Assembly: GCA_963787175.1 (NCBI GenBank)
Contig: CAWBCA010000012.1
Span: forward strand, 5,033 to 69,032
Reading direction: 5' to 3'
Length of the DNA stretch: 64,000 bases
From: an uncultured Acidobacteriota bacterium
GTDB taxonomy: Bacteria > Acidobacteriota > Vicinamibacteria > Vicinamibacterales > 2-12-FULL-66-21
The notes beneath the pieces were generated by a model. The model ran no database searches and was not told where the DNA came from. It saw nothing but the letters and a program-made list of their open reading frames with translations. The number at the start of each line of letters is the position of its first letter. Within the stretch, counting starts at the first letter, position 1. This document shows, piece by piece, positions 11,384 to 21,591 of this stretch. Made by a program: the position numbers and the translations under genes.

Positions 11384-11800
11384 GACGAGACCTCGCTGGG
11401 CTCTCTATCCGAGACGCATCAACCTTGCCGAGTTCCTGCGTGTCGAATCGCGCCATATCCGAGCGCTCGCGCCAGGACGTGGTCCCTCTCGGTGGGGACA
11501 AATGCCGGGTCGAGTGGCAATTTTCACCATCACCCGCGGGGTCATCGAGGGGGTTCACGCTACGCGCCGGCTCGAGGTTGCGAGCAACATTGCGATCAAC
11601 ATGTGTGTCGGATCGCTCCGCCACGTGATCAATGACGCCGGCTGGAGAACGACGTGGCGATGGTGACCGCGGCTCGTCACGTTCCAATTGGACGCGCGCT
11701 CACACCTGAGGAGCGGAAGTGTCCCCTTCGAGGCCGGTAAACGACTCAGTGTCGAGTTCCGCTTGCGGGGGCTTGTCCTTATCACACCGCTTCCCGTGTC

Positions 11801-14640
11801 TCATCGGTTTGATAACTGTCGACTAAGGTGAGCGTCCTGCGTCGGCGAGATTGGCTTGGTTTGATCCGCTCGTCGCCGCAGCAGCTTCTCGATCTCCACG
11901 GCGGCAAAGACGGCGCACGCCAGAAGCGTCGCCAGTGCCAAATCGATGCTAGACAACGGAACTGTCTCGAACACTCGGTTGAACACAGGGACGTAGACGA
12001 CCACCAGCTGTAGCAACACGGTTCCTGAGACAGCGGTCGCCAACCACCGATTCGACAGCAGACCAATGGTGAAGACCGAATCGGTGCTCGACCGAATCGC
12101 GATCACGTGCGCCATTTGTGAGAACGCCAGCGTCGTGAATACCATGGTCCGCCAGCGGTCGTCATTCGCGTGCCAATACCCATAGCCCACTCCTAGCGTG
12201 AGCATCGCCATGAGGATTCCCACCCATACGACATGCGACCCGAGGGCACGCGCGAAGATGCTTTCTTTCGGTGGATACGGCGGCCGTTGCATCACGCCGC
12301 GTTCGGCCGGCTCGACGCCAAGCGTCAGGGCGGTGGGACCGTCCGTAATTAGGTTGATCCACAGGATTTGCAAAGGCAGGAGGGGCAGCGGCATCCCCAC
12401 GAACGGCGCCACCAACATCAGCCAGAGCTCGCTGGAGTTCGTGGTCAACAGGTATTTCACGAACTTGCGGATGTTGTCGTAGATGACACGGCCTTCCTCC
12501 ACGGCGGCCACAATCGTCGCGAAGTTGTCATCAAGCAGCACCATGTCGGCGGCTTCCTTCGACACGTCGGTGCCGGTAATGCCCATGGCCACACCGATAT
12601 GCGCTCTCTTCAGCGCCGGCGCGTCGTTGACCCCGTCCCCCGTCATGGCGACCACATCGCCGCGCTCCCGCAACGCATCAACGATCTTCAGCTTGCACTC
12701 CGGCGACACGCGCGCGAATACTCCCACCTCGCCCACAGCGTCGGCCAGCTCTTCGGGTGTTAGTTGCTCGAGCTCGGGCCCCGTCAGAATGCGATCGCCG
12801 GTCCCAATGCCGAGCGCACGCGCGATGTACGCCGCCGTCAGAGGGTGATCGCCCGTGATCATGACAGGCCGGATCCCTGCCGCCACGCAGGTTGCGACCG
12901 CGTCACCCGCTTCTTGACGGGCCGGATCCAGAATGCCGACGAGCCCGACGAACGTGAGGTCCTGCTCGATGTTCTGGTGGGTCCTGTCATCGGGGAGGCT
13001 ATCGAGCAGGCGGAACGCCACGCCGAGCACCCGCATCCCGTCGCGGGCGAGGCGGTCAGTCGCGCGCATGATCCGGGACGTCCATTCAGCGTCGAGTTGT
13101 TCGCATGTCGGGCCCACCCACACGTGCCGCGAAATGCCGATCAGTTGGTCGACACTCCCCTTCGTGAATGCGACATGACTCAGCGGCGTGCCGGTTCCAT
13201 TGCTGGTCCACATCAACCGAAGCGCAGTCCCGAGCGGTATCGAGTCGGCGCGCACGTTGTGGATCGTCGTCATCCGCTTCCGCTCGGACTCGAAAGGCAC
13301 TTCGGCCTCACGCGGAAAATGGCGGTCGAGTTGTGCCTTCCAGATCCCGGCCTGCGCGGCGGCCGACACCAACGCGGTTTCCGTGGGATCACCGACCGCG
13401 ATCACAGGTTCGAGGCATCGGTCCCGTCCCCTTCGATCGCCGCATCGTTGCAGAGCGCGCCACCAGCCAGGAGCAGTACGACACCAAGGTCCGCTTCGGG
13501 GCTGACGTTCATTCCCGCACTCGGTTCAGTTCCGGCCCGCGTCCACGTGCCGAGCCGCAACAGCGCGCCATTCGTAAGTTCCACCCGCCGCGTCGCAACG
13601 TCCAAGATCGCCGCACGCATAAGGTTCTCGGTGAGCGTGCCGGTCTTATCGGAGCAGATGACGGTCACCGAACCGAGAGTTTCGACGGCCGCCAACTTTC
13701 GGATCAGGGCATGTCGTCGCAACATCCGCTGCGCGCCCAACGCCAGGGCGATGGTGACAACGGCAGGCAATCCCTCTGGAACCGCCGCCACCGCCATGCT
13801 GACGGCCGTCAGGAACATCATCCTGAGGCCCTCGCCGCGGGCCAGGCCCAGCACGAACATCACGGCCCACGATGGCGAGGGCGGCAAGGGCCAGCCGTCC
13901 ACCAAGGTGATCAACCGCCGCTGAAGCGGTGTCGGCTCACGGCGGACAGCTTGAAGCATCGTCGCGATCGCGCCGAGTTGCGTCCGCATGCCGGTGTCGG
14001 TCACGACAGCGTGCCCGCGTCCATAGCTCACTGCCGTACCCATGAAGACCATGTTGCGCCGATCGCCGACGGCGGTCGCCGAGCCATCCTGCGATGCCGA
14101 GAGCGTTGCAGGGTCCTTCTCCACAGGCTGAGACTCACCGGTCAACGCGGCTTCCTGCGCGCGGAGATTCGCCGCGCCGATGAGGCGTCCGTCCGCCGCC
14201 ACGATGTTTCCCGCCTCCAAGAGCATAATGTCGCCGACGACGAGGTCGCGGGCGGAGAGCTCCAGGACATGTCCGTCGCGCCGCACTTTGACGTGTGGGA
14301 CAGCGAGTTTTTTCAGTGCGGCGATCGCCTTCTCCGCCCGGAACTCCTGGTAGAAGCCGAGCACGGCGTTCAGCACGACGATCGCGAGGATGGCAATGGC
14401 GTCTTTGTAGTCGCCCACAGCGGCCGAAACCGCCGCCGCCACGATGAGAAGCACGACCATCGTGGCCGTGACTTGCTCCCAGACGATCACCCACGCGCTC
14501 CGCGTGCCGCCTTCAACGAGCTCGTTTGGCCCGTCGGCGGTCAATCGGCGTGCGGCTTCCGACGGCGTCAGTCCCCGCTCGGGGTCGGTGCCGAGCTGCG
14601 CGGCCGTGGCCTGCGAGTCAATTTCCCACCAGGGTTCCAT
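11801..14640 (-). pseudogene. P-type cation-transporting ATPase (type IIA, SERCA/CtpF-like), one frameshift as assembled
   Basis: Motifs: [59 protein letters not shown]. The N-terminal ORF (13402..14703) ends ...GDGTDASNL* and the C-terminal ORF continues [12 protein letters not shown] from 13405 in another frame. Start chosen at MEPWW (14640), which has AGGA upstream. Confidence 0.9.
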
Positions 14641-14765
14641 TGGCATTCCTACTCTGCTCGACATGCGGAAGAACTCTGTGCGGGTCCGACTGAAAGAGAA
14701 CAACGGTCACTGGATCGCAGCAGGAGGCTCGATCCTTCGACACGAACGATCAGGTCACGCAGTCG

Positions 14766-14780
14766 CAAAAGCGGGGCCAC
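14766..14780 (-). promoter_or_regulatory. candidate sigma-54 promoter (TGGCCC-N5-TTGC)
   Basis: Plus-strand gcaaaagcggggcca is the reverse complement of TGGCCCcgcttTTGC. GG and GC are at the canonical spacing, ~125 nt upstream of the ATPase start. Confidence 0.45.
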
Positions 14781-15101
14781 CGGGGTTTTCCTCTAACCAC
14801 GGACGATGATGCCGGGCCATCCGTGCTAAGCCTGCCTGCGAGATAGTTCCCCGAGATGCGGGAGCTTCGGTGGCTCTCCCACGCGGGTTTTGTCGAGCCG
14901 GAAAACGGCCTGTTCTTCGGAATACTGCCCTTGGGCGGCTGTCCACCCGCGGACTCCTGTCGGATTCAGGACCGCGTCGTCTCCCCAAGCAAGAACAGGC
15001 GGAGGCCTAGCGAAGCGGGCCAGTGCGAGAGTTTTCGCTTCGGTGGGAACTAATCCGCGCCTCTCTTGGCAGAGATTCGAACGCATCATGAAGGTCGGTG
15101 C

Positions 15102-15117
15102 TGGTTCGCTTGTTGCT
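15102..15117 (+). promoter_or_regulatory. weak candidate sigma-54 promoter (TGGTTC-N5-TTGCT)
   Basis: tggttcgcttgttgct. GG/GC spacing is correct but there are two mismatches in the -24 box. It lies ~260 nt upstream of the BON gene. Confidence 0.3.
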
Positions 15118-15377
15118 ACTTCAATTGAGACCGCCAGAGTTCTTGAGGGAGTCGGTGGCCGGAGATGCCCGGATTGACGCTGACACTGCCGTAGCGGCAC
15201 GACTCCTTAATCTGGAACACGCGCGGTGCGAGCGCGTCCTCGACACCCTCGTGGACGCCGGCGCCCTCTCGAGCGATGGGAAGACCTTTCGTCCAAGCCG
15301 GCGAGGGGCGCGCTGGATCTGAAACGCAACGGCCCGGCCTCCCTGCGCCCGGTGGACTCGACCAAGGATCTGCTGTC

Positions 15378-16037
15378 ATGACCACCACACTGAGCACTCA
15401 TGATCAATCGCTGCGAGAGAATCTTCTGAGACAGCTGGCCTGGCACCCGGAACTCGACGCCAGTATGGTCGCTGTCTCCACGCAGGAAGGAATCCTGACG
15501 CTGACTGGATACGTCGACACGTACGCGGCAAAGCTCGCGGCGGAGCGACTCGTGCGGGGCATCGACGGCGTCAGGGCGGTCGCGAACGAACTGGTTGTCA
15601 AGCTTGCGCAGGAGCGGATAGACCCGGATCTTGCCAGCGATGCGGTTCAGGCAGTGAAGAACCGTGTCAATGTGCCGAGCGGCATCCTGGTGACCGTTCG
15701 GGACGGTCACGTCTCGCTGTCGGGCACGGTCGAGTGGATGTTTCAGAAAGTCGCGGCAGAGCGGGCCGTGAAGCACCTGCGGGGAGTCCGTGACGTCGAC
15801 AACCAGATCGCTGTGAAACCGACCGAGGCACCTGCAGACGCGGAGAAGCGGATCGTGGCGGCGCTGTACGGCCACGCCAGTCTCGACGCGCGCCGGATTC
15901 AAGTGACGGCCGAGGGGTCCCGAGTGATACTCACGGGGAGCGTGCACTCCTTCATCGAGAAGAACGAGGCAGGACGCGCTGCCTGGGCCGGGCCCGGTAT
16001 CACGTTCGTCGAGAACCTTATTTCGGTCGTTCCGTAG
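15378..16037 (+). CDS. BON-domain protein (three BON repeats, OsmY-like)
   Basis: ATG at 15378. Three repeats of the pattern ..V.V..G.V.L.G.V......ERAV..(I/L)(R/D)GV..V.N.(I/L).V. Confidence 0.85.
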   Translation: MTTTLSTHDQSLRENLLRQLAWHPELDASMVAVSTQEGILTLTGYVDTYAAKLAAERLVRGIDGVRAVANELVVKLAQERIDPDLASDAVQAVKNRVNVPSGILVTVRDGHVSLSGTVEWMFQKVAAERAVKHLRGVRDVDNQIAVKPTEAPADAEKRIVAALYGHASLDARRIQVTAEGSRVILTGSVHSFIEKNEAGRAAWAGPGITFVENLISVVP

Positions 16038-16085
16038 CACTCCGTGGTTGTGCCGACGCAGGTCACCCAAGAGCGCTGACCCGGG
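15717..16085. repeat. direct repeat copy 1 (BON 3' third plus downstream ~50 nt)
   Basis: Homologous to 48965..49330. The first ~33 nt are identical (ctgtcgggcacggtcgagtggatgtttcagaaag). The rest is clearly alignable with many substitutions. Confidence 0.8.
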
Positions 16086-16294
16086 CTAGTAGGGAGACAT
16101 TCAGGTAGAGTCCCGCCAGGTGGCGACCCTGACGTTCACTGTCCGTCTTCCGATAGAGTCTGACATGGTAAGCAGGTCCACCCCACCAGTAAGCGTCGCG
16201 CGCTGGGGTCGAGATCGTAGAACAGGACCGGCAAGAGGGCGAATTCGCGGATCGACAATGCCGTGTTGGCCATCACGTCGCTGAAGGGTGCTCC

Positions 16295-16747
16295 ATGCTG
16301 ATCCACGAGTTGGACGCGGACACGTGTGCCGAGTTCCTCAGCAGAAATTACCTCGGCCGACTCGCCTGTGCCCTGTTCAACCAGCCATACATCGTCCCCA
16401 TTCATTTTTCGTTCGACGCCGACCGAACCTGCCTGTACGCCTTTTCAGTGGTCGGGCAGAAGATCCAGTGGATGCGCAAGAACCCGAAAGTTTGTCTGGA
16501 AGTCGAGGAGATTGTTGACAAGGACAACTGGACGACCGTGCTCGTGTTCGGGCGATACCACGAAATGCAGCGTCGGCCGGAGGACGCGGAGGAGCGGCGT
16601 CGCGCGGAACAGCTGTTCCAGCTGCGGCATGAGTGGTGGCTTCCCGGTGCGGGAACGGTGCCGTCACAGGAACATCACGCGATGGTGATCTACCGTATCG
16701 ACATCGACCGGCTGACTGGTCGGAGAGTCGCACGCCCAACCGGCTGA
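16295..16747 (+). CDS. pyridoxamine 5'-phosphate oxidase-fold (flavin-binding) family protein
   Basis: MLIHELDADTCAEFLSRNYLGRLACA..QPYIVPIHFSFD...KIQWMRKNPKVCLEVEE...WTTVLVFGRYHEM matches the Pyridox_ox_2-type pattern. Confidence 0.85.
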   Translation: MLIHELDADTCAEFLSRNYLGRLACALFNQPYIVPIHFSFDADRTCLYAFSVVGQKIQWMRKNPKVCLEVEEIVDKDNWTTVLVFGRYHEMQRRPEDAEERRRAEQLFQLRHEWWLPGAGTVPSQEHHAMVIYRIDIDRLTGRRVARPTG

Positions 16748-16860
16748 CTCGACCAACAGCGATGACGCGCGCAATTCCCGGCCGCCGCTGAATTTCCGGC
16801 GCTCACGACACGGACTGGGGCCTCGCCCGGCGACAGGAAGGCTGCTAACAAAGCCGCGCG

Positions 16861-17110
16861 TTGACCCTCGGCGATGACTATGCGCCGGACTGTGAGATGC
16901 GCGGCGGCGTCTTGTGGCAGGCCCTAGCCCATGAGGCGGGGATCGTCCACCGTGATCTGAAACCGGACAACATCAAGGTGTCGGAGGACGGGCTCGCGAA
17001 AATTCTTGATTTCGGGCTTGCCAAACGGGTCCGGCCGAGCCTTGCCAATGCCCTCGCGCATACGCAGACGGCACTGGAGACCAGCCCCGGTCTGGTCGTC
17101 GGTATTTCAC
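16861..17110 (+). pseudogene. Ser/Thr protein kinase fragment (catalytic loop to DFG only)
   Basis: [30 protein letters not shown]. There is no N-lobe upstream and no APE/C-lobe downstream, and no plausible start codon. Confidence 0.6.
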
Positions 17111-17171
17111 CAGGGTGCGGGAAAATTCCCGTCCGCGGGGCAACCAGACGCACGTGGGCCCGTCAAACGGG

Positions 17172-17187
17172 AGGCGCATCGCTTGCA
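17172..17187 (+). promoter_or_regulatory. weak candidate sigma-54 promoter (AGGCGC-N5-TTGCA)
   Basis: aggcgcatcgcttgca, ~35 nt upstream of GTG 17222. GG/GC spacing is correct but the -24 box is degenerate. Confidence 0.3.
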
Positions 17188-17221
17188 GTTCCCCGCCCTG
17201 AACAGAATTCAAGGAGGCACC

Positions 17222-17845
17222 GTGGGCAGAATTCAACGGACCGCACTGGCATTGCTCGTTCTTGCCGCTGCGCAGGGTCTGACGGCGCAGGCCCGGTCGA
17301 CTGTCGCCTACCCGAGTCAGGCGGCGCTTTCCCCTCAGGACCGCACAGCTCAGGACCTCGCTGCGGCACGGACGTTCGACGAGCGGGTTACTCAGTACGT
17401 CGCCTCACATCGCATGCTCGAACAGAGCGCACCAGTGCTGCGGCCGACCGCGAACGTGCATGAGATTCAGGAGGCGAGGCGTGCACTGGGGAGGCGCATC
17501 CAGAAGGTACGGCACGACGCGAAGCAGGGGGACATCATGTCACCCGATGTGGCGCTGATGTTCAGGCGTCGCATAGCTACTTGCCTGGCGCCGGAGGCCT
17601 GGGCGGCTCTGATCGCGGAAATGGCTCAAGACGAGCAGGGGCGCCAAATCGCGTGGCCGAGAGTCCGGGTAAACCAGGCCTGGCCATCAGAGGCCCTTTA
17701 CAACTTCGTGCCTCCGGAGCTGCTCCTCGTGCTGCCGCAGCTTCCGCCAGAGCTTGAGTATCACATCATCGGGAGAGCGTTGGTTTTGTTCGACATGCAC
17801 GCCGACCTGATAGTCGACTTTCTGCCCGATGCGTTCACGACGTAG
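17222..17845 (+). CDS. secreted hypothetical protein
   Basis: GTG at 17222 is preceded by AAGGAGG. Signal peptide [24 protein letters not shown]. Same frame as ORF 17006..17845. Confidence 0.6.
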   Translation: MGRIQRTALALLVLAAAQGLTAQARSTVAYPSQAALSPQDRTAQDLAAARTFDERVTQYVASHRMLEQSAPVLRPTANVHEIQEARRALGRRIQKVRHDAKQGDIMSPDVALMFRRRIATCLAPEAWAALIAEMAQDEQGRQIAWPRVRVNQAWPSEALYNFVPPELLLVLPQLPPELEYHIIGRALVLFDMHADLIVDFLPDAFTT

Positions 17846-18207
17846 CATCGATGCGCAGGCGACCCGCGGCGACGCACCGGCATCATGGTCTGGCGCGTGG
17901 CCTGACCGCCGCGTGCGTGTGCCTTCAGCGCAGACGTTCGACACACGGGCCGAAAGAACGACAGACATTTGCCGTCAGTCCAAGGCCGCTCGAGGGCCCG
18001 CACGGCGGAATGAGGCCGTGGGCGCCTACGGATTCGTTCGCGAACTCCGAGGAATCGTTGACTCTCCGCCCGACCGCGCCACACCGAGGCGAGGCGTACG
18101 AGCACAGAATCCTGCGCCATGGACGACACGAGCATCACTGATGCGACCGAATACCGGGAGCTCCGCCGCGGCAACGCTGGGCGTTTTGAGCCTTTAGGAG
18201 GCTGTTG

Positions 18208-18759
18208 ATGCGGCGCTCTCTGCACCAGGAACCGGCGGGCGCGGCGGCTATCGCGCGACACTACGTTCGGGATCTCGTCTACGGCGCCAACGATGGATTG
18301 ATCACGACGTTTGCCGTGGTCGCTGGGGTCACCGGCGGGCAGCTCTCCTCGCGCGCCATTCTCATCATCGGCGCGGCCAACCTGGTGGGTGACGGCCTGT
18401 CCATGGGTGTCGGAAACTACCTGAGCATCCGCTCGCATGAAGGGGTGCGTGCGGCTCAGAACCTCCCTGAAGAGGAGGCGCGCCCCGTACGTCATGGGCT
18501 CGCGACGATGCTGGCGTTCATAGCGGCGGGTGCGGTGCCCCTCCTGCCGTTTGCGGTGCCGGTGATCGCCGACTTTGGCGTCGAGTTGTCCGTGGCGCTC
18601 ACTTTCCTGGCGTTGTTCGCTGTGGGTGCGCTGCGGGCGCTCATCACCGTCGACCAGTGGTGGACGGCCGGGCTCGAGATGCTATGGCTTGGGTTAGCTG
18701 TCGCTGGGGCGGCGTATGGAAGCGGCGCACTTGTCGCGTGGCTGCTCGCGGCTCCGTGA
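18208..18759 (+). CDS. VIT1/CCC1-family iron/manganese transporter
   Basis: YVRDLVYGANDGLITTFAVVAGVTGG...GDGLSMGVGNYLS. AGGAGG lies 6 nt before ATG 18208. Confidence 0.85.
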   Translation: MRRSLHQEPAGAAAIARHYVRDLVYGANDGLITTFAVVAGVTGGQLSSRAILIIGAANLVGDGLSMGVGNYLSIRSHEGVRAAQNLPEEEARPVRHGLATMLAFIAAGAVPLLPFAVPVIADFGVELSVALTFLALFAVGALRALITVDQWWTAGLEMLWLGLAVAGAAYGSGALVAWLLAAP

Positions 18760-19167
18760 ATGACAGAATCAACAAGCTCGTCTGCAGGACAGCGAAGATC
18801 GTGCGCAGGTCCCTCATCGTGACGACAGGGTCGCAGGGAAGGAGTAGGGGATCGGGGCCACGGAGGTCGAGATTGAAGAGTCCTGCTGGTCGCGTTCGCC
18901 GCGATGGCAGATGCGATCGTCCACCACTGTGAGCTTGGCTACGCTCCCTAGCCGCACGACCTACGCCAAGGGATTGTGGTCCGGGAGCCCCGTGCTCGCA
19001 AGCGCAACTGTGCGGGCACCGGAATGCAGCGCTACGCCGGACGAGGACAGGACGCGCTCCAGCTCGGGTACTACGCGGCCGGACCCGTCTTGCGCAATCG
19101 GCTGTTCCGTGTATCCTAGCGGCGCACACCCAGTTGACTCTGCGCGGCTGACGCGAGAGGAGGCCCC

Positions 19168-19308
19168 GTGCTCACCCCGTCATCGTCCGTAGCCCGCTAT
19201 CCCGCGTTACTGCGCGGCCTGTGCATTGTCGTGTTCCTGGCCATGCTGCTGGCCGTCGGCTATGCGGCATGGATCAGCATTGCGAACTTCGGGCGCATCG
19301 GCGTGTGA
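19168..19308 (+). CDS. small single-pass membrane protein (46 aa) upstream of norC
   Basis: Below the ORF-track cutoff. GTG at 19168 sits 5 nt after GGAGG. Product VLTPSSSVARYPALLRGLCIVVFLAMLLAVGYAAWISIANFGRIGV*. Confidence 0.45.
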   Translation: MLTPSSSVARYPALLRGLCIVVFLAMLLAVGYAAWISIANFGRIGV

Positions 19309-19399
19309 ACCCGTGCGTCGGCCGAACCTCGACTCGTAACGAGAGCCCTCGTCGCCCGTAGGCGCGTCCCATGGAACCCTCGACGAACGCGAGGTGAGC

Positions 19400-20213
19400 A
19401 TGACCAGACGGCAGACCCGCCTCTTCTTCATTATCGGCACCGCGGTATTCGCGCTGGTCTTCGTCGGGATGACCATCCACAGCCATACGAAGTTCGGCGA
19501 GCTGACCAATGCCGACAAGCTCACGCCGCAAGTTGTCGCCGGCAAGCACGTGTGGCACCGCAAGAACTGCATCAACTGCCACACGCTGCTCGGAGAGGGC
19601 GCGTACTTCGCACCGGACCTCACGAAGATCACGCAGCATCGCGGCGAAGCCTATCTCCGCTCCTTCATGCAGGATCCGTCCCGCTACTACTCGGAGGAGC
19701 TTCATGGCCGCCTGATGCCGAACCCGAACCTCTCGGAGCAGGAGATTACCGACGTGATTGCGTTTCTCGACTGGGTCTCGCACATCGACAATCAGGGGTG
19801 GCCGCCGCGGCCGATCATGGTCACGGCGGCCACGCCCCAGGGCATTCTCCTGGGCACGCGTCCGCCTGAGGCGGCGTCGTCGGATCCGATCGCACTCGGC
19901 CAGTCGCTCTTCAGCCGCTCGCCTCCCGCCTGTTTCAGCTGCCACTCTCTGCAAGAGGGGGTCGTGCTCGTCGGCCCGTCGATGGCCGGCCTGGCGAGGC
20001 GCGCGGGGGAATCGATCGCGAGCCCGGATTACCGGGGACAGGCCCGGACCACCGAGGAATACATCCGCGAGTCCATCGTGAGTCCGAGCGCGCATATCGT
20101 GCCCGGGCAGACGTTCTCAGCAGGGGGGCAGTCGATCATGCCCTCGGTACGAAAAAATTCTGACGGCCGAGGAGATCGGCCACCTCGTCGGTTATCTGGC
20201 GACCTTCAAATGA
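19400..20213 (+). pseudogene. norC: nitric-oxide reductase subunit C fused to an extra C-terminal mono-heme cytochrome c domain; one frameshift near the 3' end as assembled
   Basis: NorC core: GKHVWHRKNCINCHTLLGEGAYFAPDL...MPNPNLSEQEITDVIAFLDWVSHIDNQGWPP. Second heme motif: ACFSCHSL. After ...QSIMP (~20145) the product continues in another frame as YEKILTAEEIGHLVGYLATFK*, with the stop at 20211-20213. Confidence 0.85.
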
Positions 20214-20226
20214 GAGGAGCCATCGG

Positions 20227-21591
20227 ATGCGCTATCGCACGCAGGCTGTAGCCTACCCGTATTTCGTCGTCGCCATGCTGCTCTACGGGCTACAGATGGC
20301 GTTCGGCCTGCTCGCCGCCGTGAAGTACCTCGGCCCGGATCCGATCAGGGACTGGCTGCCGTTTGATGTCTCGAAAGCCATTCACACGAACCTGCTCGTG
20401 GTGTGGACGCTGACCGGCTTCATGGGCGCTGCCCACTGGCTCGTGCCTGAAGAGTCACGAACGGAGCTGCACAGCCCGAAGATGGCCTACGCGGCACTGA
20501 CGCTCTGGACCGTGATGGGCGTCGCGACGATCGTGGGATACCTCTTCGGCTTTACAGCGGGAAACAAGTTCCTGGAACAGCCGATGCTGGCGAAGCTGAC
20601 CATCGTGGTCGTTATGCTCATGTTTCTCTACAACTTGGGGATGACCATCTGGAAGGCGAGGCGCCTGACGACCACCGAAGGCGTGTTGATGGCCGGACTG
20701 GCACTGACCGCGATCCTCTATCTGCCGGCCCTGTGGGAGTTCGACAACTACACGGTGGCCATTTTCTACAGGTGGTGGACGATTCATCTGTGGGTCGAAG
20801 GCGTGTGGGAGATGGTCCAGGGGGGCCTTCTCGCGTATCTCCTCATCCGGCTGTCGGGTGTCGACCGCGAGGTCATGGAGAAGTGGCTGTATGTGATCGT
20901 GGGCCTGACGTTCATTTCGGGGCTGCTCGGCACCGCGCATCATTACTACTTTGTGGGCGTGCCGTGGTACTGGCTTCCACTCGGCGGGTTCTTCTCGGCG
21001 CTCGAGCCGCTCGTGTTCTTCGGCATGGCGATGTATGCCTACCTGGCCATCAGGCGGTCCGGCATGGCCCACCCGAATACGCTCGCGCTGCACTGGACGC
21101 TGGGCAGCGCCATCTTCTCCGCCATCGGCGCCGGCCTGCTGGGCCTGGCGCACACGTGGCCCGCCGTGAACAAGTGGACGCATGGCACGCTCATCACGCC
21201 GATGCACGGACACTCTGCGTGGTTCGGCGCCTACGTCATGATCGTCCTGGCGATGATCACCTACGCCATGCCGGGGCTCATGGGGCATTCGGAGTCCCAG
21301 CGCGAGTCCAAGGTGGGGATCTGGGCGTTCTGGCTGCAGGTCAGCGGGATGATGGGGATGACGATGGCGTTCGCGGCCGCCGGCATCGGGCAGGTGTACC
21401 TCGAGCGGGTGTTGGGCTTCGGGTATCTCGAAACACAGGCGAAGATCCAGGTCCACTTCCTCATGCTCGTCGCGACAGGTGTCCTGTTCAGCGTCGGCGT
21501 GGCTCTGTTCCTGTGGGACTTCTTTTTCCTGGCCCCGCGCGAGCGCGCCCGGATCGCCCCGGCCGTCCAGCCGGCGGCAACCGCCGTATGA
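20227..21591 (+). CDS. norB: nitric-oxide reductase large subunit (cNOR NorB, heme-copper oxidase superfamily)
   Basis: 454 aa, 12 TM-like segments. Motifs WWTIHLWVEGVWE, GTAHHYYF and HGHSAWFGAY. GAGGAG RBS upstream. Confidence 0.95.
   Translation: MRYRTQAVAYPYFVVAMLLYGLQMAFGLLAAVKYLGPDPIRDWLPFDVSKAIHTNLLVVWTLTGFMGAAHWLVPEESRTELHSPKMAYAALTLWTVMGVATIVGYLFGFTAGNKFLEQPMLAKLTIVVVMLMFLYNLGMTIWKARRLTTTEGVLMAGLALTAILYLPALWEFDNYTVAIFYRWWTIHLWVEGVWEMVQGGLLAYLLIRLSGVDREVMEKWLYVIVGLTFISGLLGTAHHYYFVGVPWYWLPLGGFFSALEPLVFFGMAMYAYLAIRRSGMAHPNTLALHWTLGSAIFSAIGAGLLGLAHTWPAVNKWTHGTLITPMHGHSAWFGAYVMIVLAMITYAMPGLMGHSESQRESKVGIWAFWLQVSGMMGMTMAFAAAGIGQVYLERVLGFGYLETQAKIQVHFLMLVATGVLFSVGVALFLWDFFFLAPRERARIAPAVQPAATAV

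Noticed and set aside
16267-16281. Additional sigma-54-like motifs: TGGCCAtcacgTCGC before the PNPOx gene, and TGGCCGcgcctTTGG at 49340-49354 before the CBS gene.
   Set aside because: The first lies only ~14 nt from the ATG, leaving no room for a leader or RBS, and has TCGC instead of TTGC. The second lacks the invariant -12 GC. Both are within chance expectation.
16136-16405. ORF 16136..16405(-), 89 aa, acidic product.
   Set aside because: It overlaps the first 110 nt of the well-supported PNPOx-fold gene on the opposite strand and has no RBS. Probably spurious.
18760-19393. FNR/DNR/NnrR-type (TTGAT-N4-ATCAA), NsrR-type or sigma-54 sites upstream of the nor cluster.
   Set aside because: I scanned by eye and found only partial half-sites (e.g. 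ttgactctgcgcggc). Nothing was convincing, so regulation of nor remains unassigned.
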